64,000 nucleotides of DNA, from NCBI GenBank assembly GCA_029261055.1, contig JAJDCA010000044.1, forward strand, positions 77,867 to 141,866, written 5' to 3'. This document shows, piece by piece, positions 41,300-53,800 of this stretch. The translations under genes were made by a program, and so were the position numbers. Below the pieces are notes generated by a model. That model did no database searches. It had not been told where the DNA came from and saw nothing but the letters and a program-made list of their open reading frames with translations. This DNA is from Candidatus Omnitrophota bacterium. GTDB taxonomy: Bacteria; Omnitrophota; Gorgyraeia; Zapsychrales; Zapsychraceae. Position 1 is the first letter of the stretch, and each line of letters begins with the position of its first letter.

Positions 41300-41785
41300 T
41301 CAAACTTTGGCCTCAGACATTTTAAGGATGATATCTGTATTTTCACGAAAAGAGGCATTTTGGATCAAAAGTAATTTAAAGAAATGCAGGACAATCCCTA
41401 CAAATAAAAGACGATATCCCCATAGAGGAAAACGTCCCGTATCGACGGCTCCAGCCAAAACAACCAAAACCATCATGGCCAATAGGTTCATCATAAGAGA
41501 AGGGAATAGCTTTTTTTTAATCTGTTTCGTTCTTTCGTGATAACAAATGTCAATCTTATGTGCCTGCGTGTATTCTTTCACACTGATCCCTGTACCAACG
41601 AAAAAAAAGATATTTAGTGTTTCCGTAAAAAAATAAATGATGCTGAGGAGCAACATAATACTCATATGATTTACGGAGAAAATTGTAAATTGAAAAAAAC
41701 TTTGGGTAAGGGCAACGAGGAGAGCGATGCTGGTGAAAAAACTAAAAACATAACATAAAATCATGAAAAGCCACATTGTACACAA
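41300..41785 (-). CDS. hypothetical polytopic membrane protein (161 aa)
   Basis: ORF track; 4 hydrophobic helices. Confidence 0.4.
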   Translation of the reverse strand: MCTMWLFMILCYVFSFFTSIALLVALTQSFFQFTIFSVNHMSIMLLLSIIYFFTETLNIFFFVGTGISVKEYTQAHKIDICYHERTKQIKKKLFPSLMMNLLAMMVLVVLAGAVDTGRFPLWGYRLLFVGIVLHFFKLLLIQNASFRENTDIILKMSEAKV

Positions 41786-41959
41786 CTCACTAAATAGTGG
41801 TTAGACCATTTGATTTTTTGATATTATTCAACATTAACAGCGATAAGCTTTAATTCTAAAATTGGAAAGAATTAATTTGTCTAACCACTAGTTAGTCATC
41901 AGACATCAGCTTTCAGCATTTATTTCTTTACCGACGACTGATGTCTGATGACTTAAAAA

Positions 41960-42238
41960 TTAGTCCTTCGCTAACGGTTCTTTCTTCTCAGTAATCACAG
42001 GTAACTCAGCAGCCTTAGTGGCGTTAAGTTCAACGTAACTTTTCCATTGTTCTGGGGTATCTTCATCACTGAAAATAGCTTGAACAGGGCACTCAGGAAT
42101 ACATGCCCCACAATCAATACAAACTTCCGGATCAATCACAAGCATTTCTGCATCTTCGTGAAAACAATCCACTGGACACACGGTTACACAATCCGTGTAT
42201 TTACATTTTACACAAGGTTCAGCGACGATATGAGCCAT
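41960..42238 (-). CDS. ferredoxin with two Fe-S cluster motifs (7Fe FdxA-like)
   Basis: [14 protein letters not shown] and [12 protein letters not shown] cysteine clusters. Confidence 0.85.
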   Translation of the reverse strand: MAHIVAEPCVKCKYTDCVTVCPVDCFHEDAEMLVIDPEVCIDCGACIPECPVQAIFSDEDTPEQWKSYVELNATKAAELPVITEKKEPLAKD

Positions 42239-42403
42239 GAAAAATCTCCTTTATTTTTATTAAGTTGAATATTTTTACAGAATATATCAGTTAACCGTCT
42301 GTTTGTCAAATAAGGAGTTGTAAATAAATAACCATTGCATATTAGATACAATATATTGTCAATAAAGCAATTAAAGGTACCCTGGTTATTTATTTGCAAT
42401 CTC

Positions 42404-43930
42404 TTAAACTGCAGCCGTTTTTTTAGGCTTTGTGCTGTCAGGATTTGAATCATTCGACGGGGAATGCGCATCTTTATTTGATTGCTTAAAAATCTTTTTA
42501 AAAAAATAATCAACAAATGCTTTAAATCCATGCAACTTACGCAGGACGTCGCCGAGCGAACGAATAGAAATTAACATTTGCCACATTTGTTTCGGACGTA
42601 AATAAAATTCTTTTAATCCTTTATCAATGAAACCATCAATTTCCTGACTCGATAACTGAGGATAACTTAAAAGGGTTCGCTGTTCTTTAGCAGCGGTAAG
42701 CCATTCGCGCCAATCATTAGCTCTAAGATAATTATTTTCTTTAGCCCATTTATAAATGGAGGTGCCTGGATAAGCCGCTACGCCTGTAATTTGCACGGTA
42801 TCTAAAGGTAACGACTTGGCATAATCAATGGTTTTTTGCGCTGTTTCGTGTGTTTCCCCAGGAGCCCCTATCATAAAACAACCATGAATGGTAAATCCTA
42901 AATCATGGGCACGGTGCGCATAGGTCTTTGCACTGGCCACGCTGACGCCGCCTTTTTTAATGGCTTTAAGACCTTCATCATATCCAAATTCAAAACCTGT
43001 CATAAGCATACGGCAACCGGCTTCGCGCATTAATGGTAGGACCTCTAAATGCGTATCGGTCCGCATATTGCACGACCATGTGATCCGTTTATGCAAACCA
43101 CGTTTCATGATTTCATTACACACGTCTTTAACATGCGCTGGCGATGCGGCAAAGGTATCCGTTTCAAACATAATTTCACGAATTTGCGGATGAACTTTCA
43201 AACCATATTCCATTTCATCGACAACCTTATTTGCCGTGCGGTTACGTAATTTGTACCCATACATCAACTGGGGATCTCGGCAAAACGTGCACTGATTATT
43301 ACAACCGCGGCCTGTCACCAATGTAAGAAAAGGAAATTCTTTGCCCCCGTCGGGGTACCATTCCGGCTCAATTAATTGCCAGGCAGGAAAAGGAAGTTCA
43401 TTAACATCCAGCTGAGGTCGAGTAAGATTATGAACTACTTTTTCTCCATTCCACCACACCATGCCCAAAACTTTTGCCGGGGCCAACCCGCCCGCTAAGT
43501 CACGCAAAGTAAAATCATATTCACCCAGTAAAATAAAATCAACCACGCCAAGCCCAATACTAAACGTATTGTCTGGCTCTGCAGAAACATGCTGTCCTAC
43601 AAATGCAACTTTACAATTCGTGCGTTTTTTAATTTCTCTGGCTTGTTCAATATCATTGTAAATAGAAGGGGTTGTTGCATGGATAACTAATAGGGAAGGC
43701 GTATCTGATGCAGCAAGAAATTCTTGAACAATATCATACGATTGTTCCGGTGTAAAATTACGTGCAGCCGCTTCAATAAATGTAACATCATGCCCAGCGT
43801 CAATCAACACCTGTGCCGCCGTCAATAAATATTCCGGATGCCGCTGCACACGCCCACGCGATTTTGCTGCCCATCGCGCCACACGTACAAAGTCTTCACC
43901 AAAGGAAGGATTAAGAATAGAAATTTTCAT
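42404..43930 (-). CDS. B12-binding radical SAM enzyme (class B rSAM; BchE/HpnJ-like)
   Basis: N-terminal cobalamin-binding domain, CNNQCTFC (CxxxCxxC) radical SAM motif. Confidence 0.8.
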   Translation of the reverse strand: MKISILNPSFGEDFVRVARWAAKSRGRVQRHPEYLLTAAQVLIDAGHDVTFIEAAARNFTPEQSYDIVQEFLAASDTPSLLVIHATTPSIYNDIEQAREIKKRTNCKVAFVGQHVSAEPDNTFSIGLGVVDFILLGEYDFTLRDLAGGLAPAKVLGMVWWNGEKVVHNLTRPQLDVNELPFPAWQLIEPEWYPDGGKEFPFLTLVTGRGCNNQCTFCRDPQLMYGYKLRNRTANKVVDEMEYGLKVHPQIREIMFETDTFAASPAHVKDVCNEIMKRGLHKRITWSCNMRTDTHLEVLPLMREAGCRMLMTGFEFGYDEGLKAIKKGGVSVASAKTYAHRAHDLGFTIHGCFMIGAPGETHETAQKTIDYAKSLPLDTVQITGVAAYPGTSIYKWAKENNYLRANDWREWLTAAKEQRTLLSYPQLSSQEIDGFIDKGLKEFYLRPKQMWQMLISIRSLGDVLRKLHGFKAFVDYFFKKIFKQSNKDAHSPSNDSNPDSTKPKKTAAV

Positions 43931-43939
43931 ATTTATGTA

Positions 43940-44212
43940 CTAAAGAGAACGATAAGCCGTTCGCCTATGTTCAATATTATAAATCTTTATAAGACATTTT
44001 TCATGATAAATCCAATACAAAATACGATAATCTCCGGATCGCTCTTTGCATAAGCCTTTTAAATCATCCGGTAAATTAGAAAGTTGGTGGTGAATTATCT
44101 GATTGGCATTTTCGGATAACCAATCAATTTTCTGCACAACTCTCGATTGAATTTCTTTATCAATTTTTTTAAATGATTTTTGTGCTTCAGGAAGGATAAT
44201 TATTTGATACAT
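43940..44212 (-). CDS. RelE/ParE-family toxin
   Basis: 90 aa; ...GDYRILYWIYHEKCLIKIYNIEHR conforms to the RelE/ParE C-terminal region; overlaps the upstream small gene. Confidence 0.6.
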   Translation of the reverse strand: MYQIIILPEAQKSFKKIDKEIQSRVVQKIDWLSENANQIIHHQLSNLPDDLKGLCKERSGDYRILYWIYHEKCLIKIYNIEHRRTAYRSL

Positions 44213-44403
44213 ATTTCCTTCTTAAATTCTTTCCAACTTTTTCCTTTGCCTTGCAAATCATCTTCCCGGGATTTACGCATCCTTTTGATAAAAGATGGAT
44301 TATGCGCTAAAAGCCAATTTTCTAGGTCGCTTTTTGAAGATGCTGTCTGAAAAACAGCTATTGGAAAAGTTATTGTTTTAGTTGCTTTCTTAGTAGTTGA
44401 CAT
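44200..44403 (-). CDS. putative antitoxin partner
   Basis: 67 aa, 13-nt overlap with the RelE-like gene. Confidence 0.45.
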   Translation of the reverse strand: MSTTKKATKTITFPIAVFQTASSKSDLENWLLAHNPSFIKRMRKSREDDLQGKGKSWKEFKKEICIK

Positions 44404-44698
44404 TTTTATCTCCTTACATCACAAGAATAACATATTATTATAAAAAATCAATCATTGTTCATAATCTTTCCTTCATATTTTGTGATAATAATACCAATTC
44501 CATTAAATAATGGCCATAATCCATTTGGCTTTTCTCGAACGCTTCTACGAGAATAGCCACTACCAAAAGAGGAATTATTTAATGGATTTGGTATAATCAC
44601 ATAATACGTCCGAATAATGTGATATTATTCACGTTTTTGCATAAATAATTTTCTCAAATTTTTTACAAAAACTTTCCCAGAAATTGGCATTTCGCTAA

Positions 44699-44713
44699 AA
44701 AATATGGCATACT
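44699..44713 (+). promoter_or_regulatory. 15-nt motif AAATATGGCATACTT (extended -10-like TGGCATACT) upstream of P3; identical copy upstream of P4
   Basis: Exact 15/15 identity at 44699-44713 and 55593-55607. Confidence 0.4.
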
Positions 44714-44836
44714 TGCAGTATCTATGAACAATTTACGTAAAAACTGTATCAAAATGGAATAGAAGAAATGCATCGATAAATCCGTCTACCCGTCGAGGAA
44801 CGAATAATAAATTACAATAAATAGGAGCCACGGACT

Positions 44837-47800
44837 ATGAATATTTATCTCGAAAAAAGAAAGACCTGTTTGCTGTACCGCATTCTTGCCGCTTTTATTT
44901 GTTTCACCTTTATTTTTAGCAGCATCATACCCCCACAAAGGGCCCAGGCCCAGGTTATGCCTACTTCAGGAACCATTTTGAATCTACCGGTGCCGGGAAC
45001 CATGGTACCGGCAACCGATGCCTACCAGCCACCGATTATCCGTGGCGTAGCGCTCAACCCGGAAGATCCTCTCAACCTTAATTTCATCATCGACCGTGGC
45101 GATAACAGATTGGAAGGCAAAGACTTAGAAAATGAATCCCAAAAACTTATCAAATATTTCCTGGCTGCTCTTACTGTACCGGAAGAAGAAATGTGGGTTA
45201 ACCTTTCCCCCTATGAAAGTGACCGTATCATCCCCAATACCTTTGGCGACACCGAGATGGGGCGCGACCTTCTAGCACAAGATTATATGCTTAAACAACT
45301 TACAGCATCACTCATGTATCCGGAAGAAGAATTAGGTGAAGATTTTTGGGCCAAAGTGTATGATCGCGCTTATGAAGAGTATGGCACCACCGATATTCCC
45401 ATGAATACCTTTAATAAGGTCTGGATTGTACCGGAAGAGGCCGAAGTGTATGAATATGATGCCAATGCTGTGGTCACCAAAAGCCGCCTCAAAGTCATGC
45501 TGGAGGAAGATTATGTGGCCTTGCAGAACAATCTGGGTGTCGATGAATTTGGCCTCAATAGCCTTTCTGCCGAAGATGCCGGCATTACCAGTGGCATTTC
45601 GTCTGAAGTCGTCCGCGAAATCATCCTGCCAGAAATCGAATGGGAAGTGAACCATGGCAAAACATTTGCCAACCTACGCCAAATTTACAACTCCATGATC
45701 CTGGCCACCTGGTACAAAGAAGCCCTGACAGAAAGTTTTTTAGGTCAAGTTTATATCGATCAAAACAAAACCGAAGGCGTGGACACCCAAGACAAACAGA
45801 TCAACCAAAAAATCTACAAACAATACGTCGAAGCCTTTAACAAAGGTGTGTATGACTATATTAGAGAAGATTATGACCCCACCACAGAACTGATTGTGCC
45901 GAGACGATATTTTTCCGGGGGAGCGGCAATGAGGACGAGTAAAAAATTAAACGTTATCGATATCGCGATGCTCCCTACTAGTTTTATTAATCGTGCTGCT
46001 GCTGGTGTAAGCGAATTACAACTACCAATACTTGAAGACACCGAAACCGTGCCGGACGATCTTACGGAAATGGATAAAATTGATCCTCTCGCTAGCGAAA
46101 GCGTGCCGGATTATCTTTCAGAAACAGATATCCCAGTACAGCCATTGACTCTCTCCGAAAAATTCTCTGAATTTACTAAATCTCTCGAGGGAGGAGATAT
46201 TGTCAGTGCTTCAAAAGAACTCGGAGAACTAAAAGGTCATATTGATAATCTACAGAATGTTGAACGTAAAAAAGTAGCTAAAAGTTTGAATAAAAAATTA
46301 AATAACTTTAAAAAACAACTTGATAAACTCGAAAAAATAAACAGAACTATTATAAAGAAAAGAGTCCGCGACATAAAAGATTTAAATGCTATGCCAATGG
46401 GCATAGAAAATAGCGAAGAAATTAACTATTTGATCAGCAAATTAGAAAATTTTCTGGCAACTGGAGAATTAAATTTAAAAGAATTAGAAGAATTCAAAAC
46501 ATCTTATAGCACCTCAGGGTTTAAAAGCATACGTGAATTTATTGCAAACCACCCCCGCCTAGAAAAAGGATCTAAACTTGCTGTTTTAACTGTTATCGCG
46601 CTAAGCACCGCCGTGTCCATGGGCGCTGCGGCAACTCAAAGTGAAAGCCCACAAGAATTTATCAAAAATTTAATTAATGTAGACACAGATCTAAACAACA
46701 CAGCCGTAGCTAATCTCCTTGAAATCCCTGAAATTAAAGAACTCGGCGAACGGTATCTCGCGGGAGAACTCACAGAAAAAGAATATGAAAGTCTAGCCGA
46801 AACCCTAAAAAATGGAAATCCAGAAATACAAAAACTTATTGTCACAATTTATCAAACCGCCCTTGCCCAAAATATCGATCTTGATGAACAGGGAAGCGAA
46901 GCCTTACAAGAAAACCAAAGCAACCCTCTAAGTCTCTTTGCACGTACAGAAAACTGGGTGTCCAATCAGCTTGATTCAGACCTTGAGGCTGGAGCACTTA
47001 CTGAGGATTCCCCTGCAAACATCCATACCTTAAATCCCCAAGAAGTGCGTAACGTTATGGATGGACTTGATGATATTGATTATGAAGAATCACCTGATGC
47101 AATTAAAAAAGCTATTAAAGTTGTAACTAATTATCTTAATTTGGACTCAACCGACCCTACTAACGATAAAGTTACTCAAGGTAATATTAAAATAGCTTTT
47201 AAAATTTTGGATAAAATTGTTGATCAGAATGAAAATAACATGACTCCTGATATGAAAGCAGCAACATCAGCAGATTTAATATCGTATATACAAGACTCAC
47301 AAAATTCAGCTGACAATATAATTTCTGCTATAAAATTGGTGTCTGAAATCGGGGGGGAAAATAATTTAGAAGAATTAAAAACATTTAATAAAGATTTAAA
47401 AAATAAATACGAGAAATCAGTAAATGAAGGCAAACAATTAGAACAAGAACTTAAACAACTTAAACGAAATTTAGATAATAATCCTTATCCCAAGGGGAGC
47501 TTCGCACGTGATATAGATCAAAATACTTACGATAATACATTGGAGAGTCTAAAAGTAAATCAAGATAATATTAAAAACTTAGATAAAATCATCGACACAA
47601 TGGGTGATGTTATTAACGACATAACTGAACGGGAAGGAATAGTTGATCACCAGAAGATTAACGAACTAAAAAGCCAAGAAACTAAACTACAAAAAGAAAT
47701 CGAACAATCAGTTTCAGAAGTCAAGCAATTAAAAGAAGAACTCAAGCAACTCAAACAAAATTTAGATAATAATCCTTACCCCAAGGGGGACTTCGCACGG

Positions 47801-50800
47801 GATATAGATCAGAATACTTACGATAATACAAAAGATGCGTTAGAAGATAAAGAAGGTGACTTAAAAAAACAGCAAGACCAATTAAAAGTTGTTGAAAAAT
47901 CACTTAAGCAAATTGAAAAAGGTAACCAAGGAGACGGACTACTAACGCGAGGAGTTAAGGCCGTTACAGGTGCAGCTAAAACTGTGGTTAATGTCATCAG
48001 CGGGGATGATACACAAGAATCACCCACCGCTGAGACAATAGAAAAAATACGTGCTGATTTACAGAAAAAGGCGTTGTCAGACTTAAGATCTAATGAATCT
48101 AGTGTCCGGCGTGCAGCGGTGAATCTACTGAGTGATATTGGAGACGAAGAGGCTATAAAAAGACTCGATAAAATAGCAAACAATGACACAAACCCTGTAA
48201 TCAAAATCGAAGCTAGTACAGCTTTGGATAACATACAAGAAAGAGCTGGTGAACCTCCTTCGACAATCGCTACCGATGAAGTTATCAAGCAACTTGAGTC
48301 TAAACTGCAGCAGCTGGAAGAAGACGCCCCCCTAAACCCAGATGGCACGACCAAGACATTATCAGACTTTCCCCATCCCGGGGGGACGAAGGCGAACTAC
48401 GGAGACTTTATGGAATATGGCCGACAACGTGCTGCCATCGATGAATTACAGTCACAGATTGACGACCTTAAAGAAATTCTTGCCTCATTTACCACCGCAT
48501 CTGCAGGCGGCGAAGCAGCCGGAGGAGGCGATGGAAGCGGTGGTCCAGATGATGATGATAAAAAATCTAAAGAAGCTTTGAAAACACTACCTTCTGTTTC
48601 ACAAATAACAAGTACGCATATAGCAAATATAGAAAATTCATCAGATGAATCGGTAAAACAAGAGTCTCTTAAAGTATTAACTCGTGCAGCTCTAGATGGC
48701 ATACTCTCTGAAAAAGATATTAAAAACGTGATAGCGACAATAGAGGAATTACCTACCCCGGATGGCATAATTGAAAAGGAACAGGCGTATACCATTAAGA
48801 TGCAAACAAAAGTTCTAGAACTTATGCAAGATATTTTAAACCGGATGGATTCTGATAATGATAGGCAGAAATCCCTGTCAACAGTAACAGAACTCAGCAA
48901 GTCTGATTTGGGAATACCTGCGAATTCTTCCGTAAACACACTTGGCACTGGCCAATTTGCTGGTAATATTGAGAACGTAAAGGATCTCTTTGTTGATAGC
49001 TTTAAAACGGCTGGAGACTCCTTGCCTGAATTAATGAAAATGTCTGCTTCCCCTACTAATACTCTTAGTAACCCACGCATTGGGAGTAGCTTTTTTTCAG
49101 AATCCGGCGTCGAAAAATTTGCTGACATTCCATTTGATTTAAATGATTCCTCCGACCGCTGGCTTCTCAATAAGGTTGTATCTTTTTTAGAAACAAATGT
49201 CATATCTTCCGATGTCGACGACTACTTCAAAACGAACATTATTAAAGCTTTAACAGCGTTAGGATTACCCCGAAGCATTGACGTTATATCCAGCATAGAT
49301 ACGACGGATATCGATCTAAAACAAGACATTGAAAAAACTATCACCACATTGCAACAACGCTGGGGAATAACTCCCCCCAGTAACATTGTTCCAGAAACTG
49401 AAGACCAGGCTAATACGAAACTGACAGAAAGACTTCATCAATTTGATAATTCTAAAGTTAGAGCCTTAACCCCAGACATCGTAAATGATGCTATAAAAGG
49501 AATGGATCATCCGGATAACGAAACAAAACAAACGGCCATACACATCATAGGGGACGTTTTGGGTTCGAAGATACCTGTCCCTGATGAGGTCATAGATAAA
49601 CTTATTGCAAGCACAGGCACCTCCACACCTGAACTGCAAGTGCCATCCTTTAAAGCGCTCTTTGAAGGAGCGCTAAACAATAAAATTTCGCAAGAAAATA
49701 TCGAAACAGTACAAAGTATGCCCTATGATCCAACCTCTGATGCGCAAAATAGAGATAGAGAAATTCTTATTGAAATTTATCAAGTGAAACAAAATATAAC
49801 GGATGTACAGATGAACAATGATGCACCGCTTGTTCAAAAAACAGCCATCACGGATTTAGAAGAAAAAATAAAAAAAACAACTGGTAGTAATATTCCAATA
49901 CTTAGAGATCGTCTAATACCCGAAGCCCTGGAAACCTTAGTGGCACAAACTTATAATCCGAATGTTGAGACCTCTGTTCGTGAACACGCTATCATCTCTG
50001 TAGGCAATCTAGCTGATTCAACTCCTGGTATTACGCATGAAAATTTTAAAAACTACATACCGGAAGGATCTAATAAGTCTATTGGAGAAACATTAACCTA
50101 TCTGGCAACAAATGATCTGGATGAAGGCGTTCAAAACGCAGCCAAGGAGGCTCTGAAAAAAATTGATCTTGTTTCGACTGCTCCAACCGTGATACTATCT
50201 CCAAAACCAGTAGAAATTCCCACACCAACAGAAAATGCAGAAATCAAAGCACAAATCAACGAAATATCCTCAATAGATCCTACAAATTTCACAAGCGATG
50301 ATATCACAGCTGTCGTAGCAGGAATTGAGCATCCTACAAAAGAAATACAAAAAGCAGCTGTGGAAAAGGCGGGGGACATAATTGAAAATAATAAAAAACC
50401 TCCTCAGCAACTGGTCGATGGATTTATAAAGAACCTAACAGATGATACGGGGAAGAATAATATTCCAATATATAATGAATTACTCAATGCCATAAGGCAA
50501 GATAAAGTACTTACCGACCAGGGTGATACTCTTCGTAAAATTGCAAACGATGATAATGATCCGCGCAGCTCTGTAGCAAAAAACTTTCATGATGATTATC
50601 TCTTGCACCAAGAAATTTTTAAATTATCCTCAGATTCATTAAAAGACAATAGTTTTGGGCGAACGACTATTATATACAATTTACAAGAATTTATAATTAA
50701 TAGCCAAACACTTGAGCACCTCTCGGGAATAGATGCTATTGCCAAGTTGGCAATTGACGATAGTAATTTCCTTGTGAGAGAAGTAGCCGTAACTGTTTTG

Positions 50801-53800
50801 GGCAGCCTCACCGATGTCGACAGGTTTTCAAATATTAAAGATCATAAACCCGAAGGAGTAGGTGGTACGATCGAAGATATTGTCAAAGCTATCGCAACCG
50901 CCAGCATTGAGTCAGGATTAACCAACGATGAAAAAGAAGCGGCCCAAGATCTAAAAACAGCGGCCCAGGAGGCATTAGTTAAGCTTCAATCATCTACTCA
51001 AAGCGCGAAACCGACAATAACACCGGGGCCGACAGAAACAGCATCGCCTACACCAACACCAGGACCATCCCCAACTCCAAACGCGACTCCAGATCCGACA
51101 TCAACTGATGATACGGCTAATTTAGAAAACTTTAATACTAAAATTTCAAAAATTAATGATGAGATGAAAATTTTTAAACATAAATATGCTAACAAGGATA
51201 TACCTGAAGCTGAAGCACAACAAATACAAATACTTTTAAAAGAAATGAAAAATCTTGTCAAAAATACAATAGAAAAAGGCAACGTAACTCCAGAAATGGT
51301 AGATCAAATAAATACTACTAGTAGTACATTTAATATTCACGGTGTTTTGAAAGTCGATTCGCATGAAGACTATACAGGAACACACGGGGAAAAATTAAAT
51401 ACAAATTTAGTTATATATCTAGATAATGACGGATATATTACTGCAGACAAAATTGAAATACCTGATCCTTCACCTACTCCGAGCGCAACACCGACATCAA
51501 CACCAATAGTGACACCAACACCAACTCCGGAAGGTAACATGCAGCTATTGGCGAACATATATGCAAACATGAAACCCAAGGATGCGGCAAACCTTATGTC
51601 TAACATGGATACTGAAACAGCAAAAAAAATGATCCCTTTAATGCCTCAAGAAAAAGTAACAAAAATTCTTGAATTGATGGATCCCCTACAAGCAGAAAAT
51701 ATCAATCCTCAAACAACACCAACCACGGAAGCAGAAATCGGCTCTAAAATTGACGATTTACTTGAGTCTCTTAGCAAGCCGATTGATGGTAAAAAAGATC
51801 CAAAAAATTATGGTACAGACAAAAAGCCCATGTTTGCCCTTTCTATCGTGGGAATTTCTCCTGACACGCAATCGCGAGAAAGCGTTATCGATGAACTTGT
51901 TGTATTGGCTAAGAATAACCCAGAGGCTACGAATCAAATATTAACGAAGCTTTTTGATCACAAGTATATCCAAAGTCATCTCGACAAAAACAATCAATCC
52001 TTAGCCCCCTTGATCAGTATACTTGAAAGAATTGATCCAGGATTAAAGCTGGTGGAGGATAAAATTCAAACGTTAATCAATTCACCAAACCTGGATGTTT
52101 CCACCGCTGGAAATATTTTTCTTCTCTCGCAAACCCTTGAGGTTAAAGGGATTTATGAAGAGTTTAAAAATGTATTGAGTGCAATAGACCGTTCAGACAC
52201 AAACAGTTTAAAAAACGATATAGAAGCACTATTGCGTGAAGTATTTCAATTTTTCTATGATGACAATCAAGACAAAAAGGATCTCCGCATTGAAAAAAAT
52301 GTACAAGATAATATTGTAAAAATTGGCAACCTACTCAAAGATATGGCAAAGCAGAATCCTGAGCAACTGACAAGCGCTAAGGCGTATGACATCATCGATA
52401 ACGCGGATTATTTAACCCTGGACGATAAAAATAGAATCAAAGCTCAAATTTCAACTGGGCAGGGTTATTATGCTATTGTATATTTACTTCTAGTCGGCGT
52501 CGTCGGCAGTATAAGCGGAGCTATTTTAATACAAAGAAAGAAATCTTTTAACAAAAAGCTAGCCGCTATCCATGACGCTATTGTAAAGGACAAACATTAT
52601 TTAACAGCCATAACTCTTTTTAATGATGAAAAATTTAAGGGCCGAAAACGCCGCCAAGTCATACAACATATTCAAACTATTGCTGATAATCAAAACAATC
52701 AGTTTGAACGTACTGTACAGTCACTCGCTCAAAGCATTTTGCAAGAAATTCAATCTGGCGGTGATGATAACGACCTTAAAAAAATTGTTGTTAAGACGCC
52801 TTCCAATACCTCAACTGATGGCGGAGAATCAGAGGAGAAAACTGCTGTAGACTTGATCTCTCGGGGAGAAACTCAAATTACTGAGGTACTGAACCTTGTT
52901 AGTACTTCAAAATGGACAAACGAGAAAGCGACTTGGATAAGAAGCAGTGCGGCACTTTTGCGTAAATTAAGAAATAATTTTGAAAAACAATTAACCTTAC
53001 TTAATCCCACAGATGCAAAAAAAGCAAAAATTATGTTAATGTCTCAACTTAAAACTCTTTCTAAATATTCAAACCTACAATGGACGAAAGAAAATTTTAA
53101 AAATGAAAAAAAATTCTTAGAATCAGTCGTTAACACTTATCAATCTTCGATTGAATCGAGCACACAATTTTCCATACATCAACAACAGCTCCAAACTATT
53201 AGTATGCTTAACACCTTATTCCTCTTTATGGGACGAACACATGAGTTGCCTCATTCTGAAATAACCTTAGAGCCAAAAGAGAAAATTGTGGATGGATTTA
53301 CAGGCTTACCACCAGAGGAAGTGACAGAAGTACATAAAGATATTTTCTCTATCCTCAATGATTGGGCGGTTGACACTGTTGTTGGTAAAGCAGCTTTAAA
53401 AGTACCGGGTTTTGCTACGAAAGACTCTGTTATTGGAATTGAATATAATGGAGAGGCCTTTGCTATTCGTATGAAAGAAAATAACAAGCATGAAGGTATA
53501 AATGTTGTTGTGGGTGGTAAAAAATTTATTGTCCCAGTATGTCCTCTTTGTCAATATGTCGCCTTTGACGCAGATGATCTTGCCAAAAACATGGGGTTTG
53601 AAGGAGAAGATGTGGTTGGCTTTGTTTCCGGACTTTTACGGCAAACTGGCCTTAATCATCCAAATGGTTTCGGTGTAATGCTTTTAGGTGAACGTAGTTC
53701 ACAAAATTTGATTTCCTTACACAAAAGAATGTTTCTCACCGGCCCTAACAAAGGAGAACCACTTAAGGTCCATCCAATTACACTCACAACATTAAATGAA

